This document shows positions 56,066 to 59,546 of a DNA stretch of 59,546 nucleotides, piece after piece (within the stretch, counting starts at the first letter, position 1; each line of letters begins with the position of its first letter). A model generated the notes under the pieces. That model did no database searches. It was not told where the DNA came from and worked only from the letters and a program-made list of their open reading frames with translations. The position numbers and the translations under genes were made by a program. The DNA is from a candidate division WOR-3 bacterium (GTDB taxonomy: Bacteria > Hydrothermota > Tepidihabitantia > SM23-42 > JAOAFX01), in the NCBI GenBank assembly GCA_037444665.1, contig JBBILZ010000007.1, positions 1-59,546 on the forward strand. Direction: 5' to 3'.

Positions 56066-57471
56066 TGCTGAATTATCTCCTTGATGTATTCAGATTTTAT
56101 ACTGTTGTTATTGTGGATTTCTTCAGTTATGGCACTAATAATCTTCTCCTGAATGCTTAAAATTTTCTTTGACGAACAGGTGAAATTATTAAAGAGCATT
56201 GAGAATGTATAATTCGTATTCTTAACCTTGAGATAACCGCTCAGGCACGAACTTGCCTGTATTGCGCCAGTCTTGGCACGCAAGGAATCAGTAAATCCAT
56301 TAAAACGCGCCTTTAGTGTACCATTCCCTGGTTTGGGCAGGGAATTATAAAAGTAAAGGTTTAATTTACTATTGTTATACATAAATCTCAGGACAGATAC
56401 CAATGCCAATGGTGATACAAGATTATGTTGATAATATCCTGAACCGTCCCAGAGCGAGACATTGTTTGTATCAATTCCAATAATATAAAGGAACTCCTTT
56501 ATCGCTTTAAGACCTGCGTTAAAACTTCCCTGTTTATAAAGCTGGGCGCCCAGGGTCTTCAAAATGACTTCTGCATAAAGGTTTTCACTTTCTGTATTGG
56601 TCTCTTTTATAATTTCAGAAAGGGGCAAGGACAGGGTAGAATCTATTATAATTGGTGTATTATCCTGAAAGAACAATTCACTTTCTTTCATACGAATAAC
56701 TCTTTGGGAGAATTTTATTCCTTCTGCGATAAGCCTTTCTTTGAAGTAATTGCCCGTAAAAAGCGCAGGGTCTTTTACCGCAACATCTATATCACGAGCA
56801 GACTTTATGTTGATGGCACCGTCCAGATAGATTATATTTGCCTCAGGTTTCCTGAAGATTATTATACTGTCATTTTCCGTAGTCGTTTTCATACGGTTAA
56901 CCAGCTGCACATATTCGGTTGCTGGAAAGATTGAGGCGTTTACATCTTCACCAATTCGTGTGGGTCTAATTCTTACCGATACTACATTTTTATTAAAAGA
57001 AAGAGCACTGATTTCAGGGGCATAACGGGCATCAAGGTAATGCCATGCCCATCCCACGGGCAGGCGTTCATCACTAAAGTAATCATCAACAACGATAATG
57101 GTTCCGGTTATTTGTTTTATCTGGAGACTCTTTATTTTTCTTACAAATTGTTCTAAGTTTTCCAGGCTAAAAGTTGGGTCACCCCTGCCCACAATTATGA
57201 TGTCGCCGTGTAGAATTTTTTCTTTTATCTGTCCTCGTAATAATAGGTAGGTTTTAAATTGGAATTGTGGTTCAAGAAAATATAAAGCAGCAGCAGTGGT
57301 GATGATTTTCATATTGGATGCAGGAACAAATAATTTTTGACTGTTTGTTTCATAAATTACACTATCATTGTCAAGTTTACAAATATAGATACCATAATGG
57401 GCATTCTTTAATTCTGGAACATTCAGTATTGTATCAAGTGACAATATTCCAAAGATTAATAGATTAATCAT
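56062..57471 (-). CDS. dacB: D-alanyl-D-alanine carboxypeptidase/endopeptidase (PBP4, peptidase S13)
   Basis: PASNMK (SxxK), GDP, SEN (SxN), DGSG, AKTG. Confidence 0.92.
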   Translation of the reverse strand: MINLLIFGILSLDTILNVPELKNAHYGIYICKLDNDSVIYETNSQKLFVPASNMKIITTAAALYFLEPQFQFKTYLLLRGQIKEKILHGDIIIVGRGDPTFSLENLEQFVRKIKSLQIKQITGTIIVVDDYFSDERLPVGWAWHYLDARYAPEISALSFNKNVVSVRIRPTRIGEDVNASIFPATEYVQLVNRMKTTTENDSIIIFRKPEANIIYLDGAINIKSARDIDVAVKDPALFTGNYFKERLIAEGIKFSQRVIRMKESELFFQDNTPIIIDSTLSLPLSEIIKETNTESENLYAEVILKTLGAQLYKQGSFNAGLKAIKEFLYIIGIDTNNVSLWDGSGYYQHNLVSPLALVSVLRFMYNNSKLNLYFYNSLPKPGNGTLKARFNGFTDSLRAKTGAIQASSCLSGYLKVKNTNYTFSMLFNNFTCSSKKILSIQEKIISAITEEIHNNNSIKSEYIKEIIQQ

Positions 57472-57946
57472 TTTTTTTCTGAGGTGTGAAAAGTCCAATC
57501 TTTTGTTTTTTACAATTGCATTTTTCTTTGTTCAAATTTTTTCCACAGATAGGGCACAGACCCTTACAATCTTTTTGACATAATGGGGCAGGCGGTATAG
57601 CAAGGATGATGGCTTCTCTTATTCCTAAACCGATATCAATATTTGGTCCGGTATAATAGACCCTTTCAATATCACCGGGTTTAAGTTCAACCTTTTCCAA
57701 TTCCAGCAATGGATCTTTGCCGGCAATATAGTTAAGATGCAGGGTTTCATCAAATTCTTTTTTAAAGATTGTGAGACAACGGGCGCAAGAAAAATTAGCT
57801 GAAAAGCGGACATTGAAATCAGCACTTACACCGAGTGCCTTTTTAATTAATCTGATTTTTGCTTTAAAAATTTTTAAATTACTGAAGTATTTCTCTTCTG
57901 TTAGATTCAACTCTTTTACATCCAGGTCAGTAAATTCAAAGGACAC
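57464..57946 (-). CDS. DUF177/YceD family protein
   Basis: CARCL, P..PLC..DCKGLCP.CG.NLN...C.C. Confidence 0.9.
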   Translation of the reverse strand: MSFEFTDLDVKELNLTEEKYFSNLKIFKAKIRLIKKALGVSADFNVRFSANFSCARCLTIFKKEFDETLHLNYIAGKDPLLELEKVELKPGDIERVYYTGPNIDIGLGIREAIILAIPPAPLCQKDCKGLCPICGKNLNKEKCNCKKQKIGLFTPQKKND

Positions 57947-57990
57947 CTGGTCAATTATTTCTATTAAGGGGATTGATAATCGTGATTGGA

Positions 57991-59271
57991 TTATGTTTTC
58001 AACTCCTTTTTTCTTGCGGCAGGGAATAGAACATTATTGAGAATGAGGCGATAACCTGGTGAATTTTTATAATTTCTTAAGTCAGTAGGTGGGTCGCCAA
58101 CAAAATGTTGATAGTCTTCCGGGTCATGGCCGGCAAGATATGTAAAGGTGCCTTTTCCATAATTACCATGTAGATACTTTACTTCATCTGCTCCTGCAAC
58201 TTCGCCCAGAATGAGCACTGAATTTTTTACATTGTTTTTATTAAACCCACTACACTGTCCTAAAAACTCTTTTACTAAAGAAGTGTGATTTTGGACGAGC
58301 ATGCAGGGTACCGGGTCAAATTTGGCACTGAAATCAAATAATGAAAAATATGTATTAGGACCACGCTGGGCTGCAGAAATGGATACATCAATTGTGGAAT
58401 GTTCATAAACCATCGGTTCAAGTATAACCTGAAAATTTTCAAAAGCCAGGCATTGATTATAATCAAGTTTTTTATTTGCATTTCGGTCAAAGGGGTCTCC
58501 ATCAAAGATATTATGGCAGACATCAGTAAATTGGGCAGCAAGGGCGATTTCCCAGGTATCGCAGGCAGAGCACATGGAGAATACAAATCCTCCCTGGTTG
58601 ATATAATCTTTTATCGCAAGGGCAACTGCAAGTTTTAATTTAGAAACTTTTGAATATCCTAATTTTTTTGCAGTTGCCTCATTCATCTTTACTTCTTCCT
58701 GATACCACTCAGCATTGTGGTAAGAGGCATAAAATTTTCCATACTGACCAGTAAAATCTTCATGGTGCAGGTGTAGCCAGTCGTATTTAGTCAGTTTTCC
58801 TTTTAAAACATCTTCATCCCAGACCTGGTCATACGGAATTTTAGCATATTCAAGTGCTAATGTTACTGCATCATCCCAGGGTTCAAAATTCTCCGGAATA
58901 TAGACTGCAATCTTGGGTGCCTTTTCTAAGAGTATTGATTCCATATTATTATTTTCTATTGTCTGGTAGATTTCTAATACCTGTGATGGTTCAATTATTT
59001 CTACACGCACACCTTCAAATGAACACTCTTTTACAATTTTTTGTTCGTAGTCCATCAAAAAAGAGCCGCCCCTATAATTAAGTAGCCATTCTACTTTTAT
59101 CCCATTCTGGAGACTATGGTAGGTGATTCCATACGCCTTTAGGTGGTCTGTCTGAGAAAGGTCCATCGGAATTAAAATTTTACTCGCAGATGTATAGACG
59201 AAAAATAAAAAATAACATATTAACAGACAGTTATTCTCCCAGTGGATTCTTTTTAATAAATTGCAGTGCAT
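57991..59271 (-). CDS. Conserved FCB-type exported protein with class I GATase-like fold (function unknown)
   Basis: ILIPMD..Q.DHLKAYG, WLLNYRGGSF, WLHLHHEDFTGQYGKFY, MCSA.D, GHDPEDYQH; start uncertain. Confidence 0.7.
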   Translation of the reverse strand: MHCNLLKRIHWENNCLLICYFLFFVYTSASKILIPMDLSQTDHLKAYGITYHSLQNGIKVEWLLNYRGGSFLMDYEQKIVKECSFEGVRVEIIEPSQVLEIYQTIENNNMESILLEKAPKIAVYIPENFEPWDDAVTLALEYAKIPYDQVWDEDVLKGKLTKYDWLHLHHEDFTGQYGKFYASYHNAEWYQEEVKMNEATAKKLGYSKVSKLKLAVALAIKDYINQGGFVFSMCSACDTWEIALAAQFTDVCHNIFDGDPFDRNANKKLDYNQCLAFENFQVILEPMVYEHSTIDVSISAAQRGPNTYFSLFDFSAKFDPVPCMLVQNHTSLVKEFLGQCSGFNKNNVKNSVLILGEVAGADEVKYLHGNYGKGTFTYLAGHDPEDYQHFVGDPPTDLRNYKNSPGYRLILNNVLFPAARKKELKT

Positions 59272-59282
59272 AAAGGGTTTGA

Positions 59283-59546
59283 TTACTCTTCGTTCTGCTT
59301 TATTATATCAATAACCTCCTGGGGGTTGCTGGCATTTCTCAATTGGTTTCTCACTGACATCTTTCTCAATAGCCGTGATAGTTTTGCCAGTGCAATGATA
59401 TATTCTGATTTTTTATTTTCTGGCGAGGCGATTAAAAATACAATGTGAGATGGTTTTCCATCAATAGAAGAAAAATCTATACCTGCAGAAGAACGGGCAA
59501 AGACAAGTACTAAATCGTCAACTGCATTAGTTCGTGCATGGGGAAT
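59283..59546 (-). CDS. PTS EIIA (fructose/mannitol/Ntr type) domain protein, 5' part outside window
   Basis: Hand-translated IPHART...FARSSAGIDFSSIDGKPSHIVFLIASP...LAKLSRLL...NEE*. Confidence 0.9.
   Translation of the reverse strand: MPHARTNAVDDLVLVFARSSAGIDFSSIDGKPSHIVFLIASPENKKSEYIIALAKLSRLLRKMSVRNQLRNASNPQEVIDIIKQNEE

Noticed and set aside
57991..59271. Asparagine synthetase B
   Set aside because: Lacks the N-terminal Cys Ntn domain and the SGGLDS ATP-pyrophosphatase motif
349..59448. Numerous 60-210 aa ORFs antisense to or out of frame within clear genes (e.g. 19406-20041, 11234-11716, 38280-38732, 40886-41199, 34764-35084)
   Set aside because: Shadow ORFs with no motifs or initiation signals, overlapping well-supported genes, the tRNA or repeats

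Overview
AT-rich bacterial chromosome segment. Several secreted proteins with T9SS/FlgD-like C-terminal sorting domains and a PorZ-like gene suggest an FCB-group organism such as candidate division WOR-3 (inference only). The centrepiece is a 21.5-kb, 23-gene His + Trp + Phe + Tyr + shikimate biosynthetic superoperon (5706-27237). It is preceded by a short ORF missing from the supplied track (GTG 5432 - TAA 5569) ending in F-H-F-N-H-Y-W-Y-W-H-F, and these codons form the 5' arm of a long terminator-like hairpin. This is a candidate four-amino-acid attenuator, probably translated leaderlessly. Other notable content: a citrate synthase / two-subunit aconitase-family / isocitrate dehydrogenase operon; an SPT-like plus GNAT (ceramide-synthase-like) gene pair; tRNA-Leu(UAA); a layered MITE (TIRs, 8-bp TSD, internal GTAG-REP doublet with a nested palindrome); short palindromes inserted in-frame in proteins; and a consistent 16-bp-spacer promoter architecture with several leaderless genes. 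All calls are by eye and motif recognition; no database searches were run.
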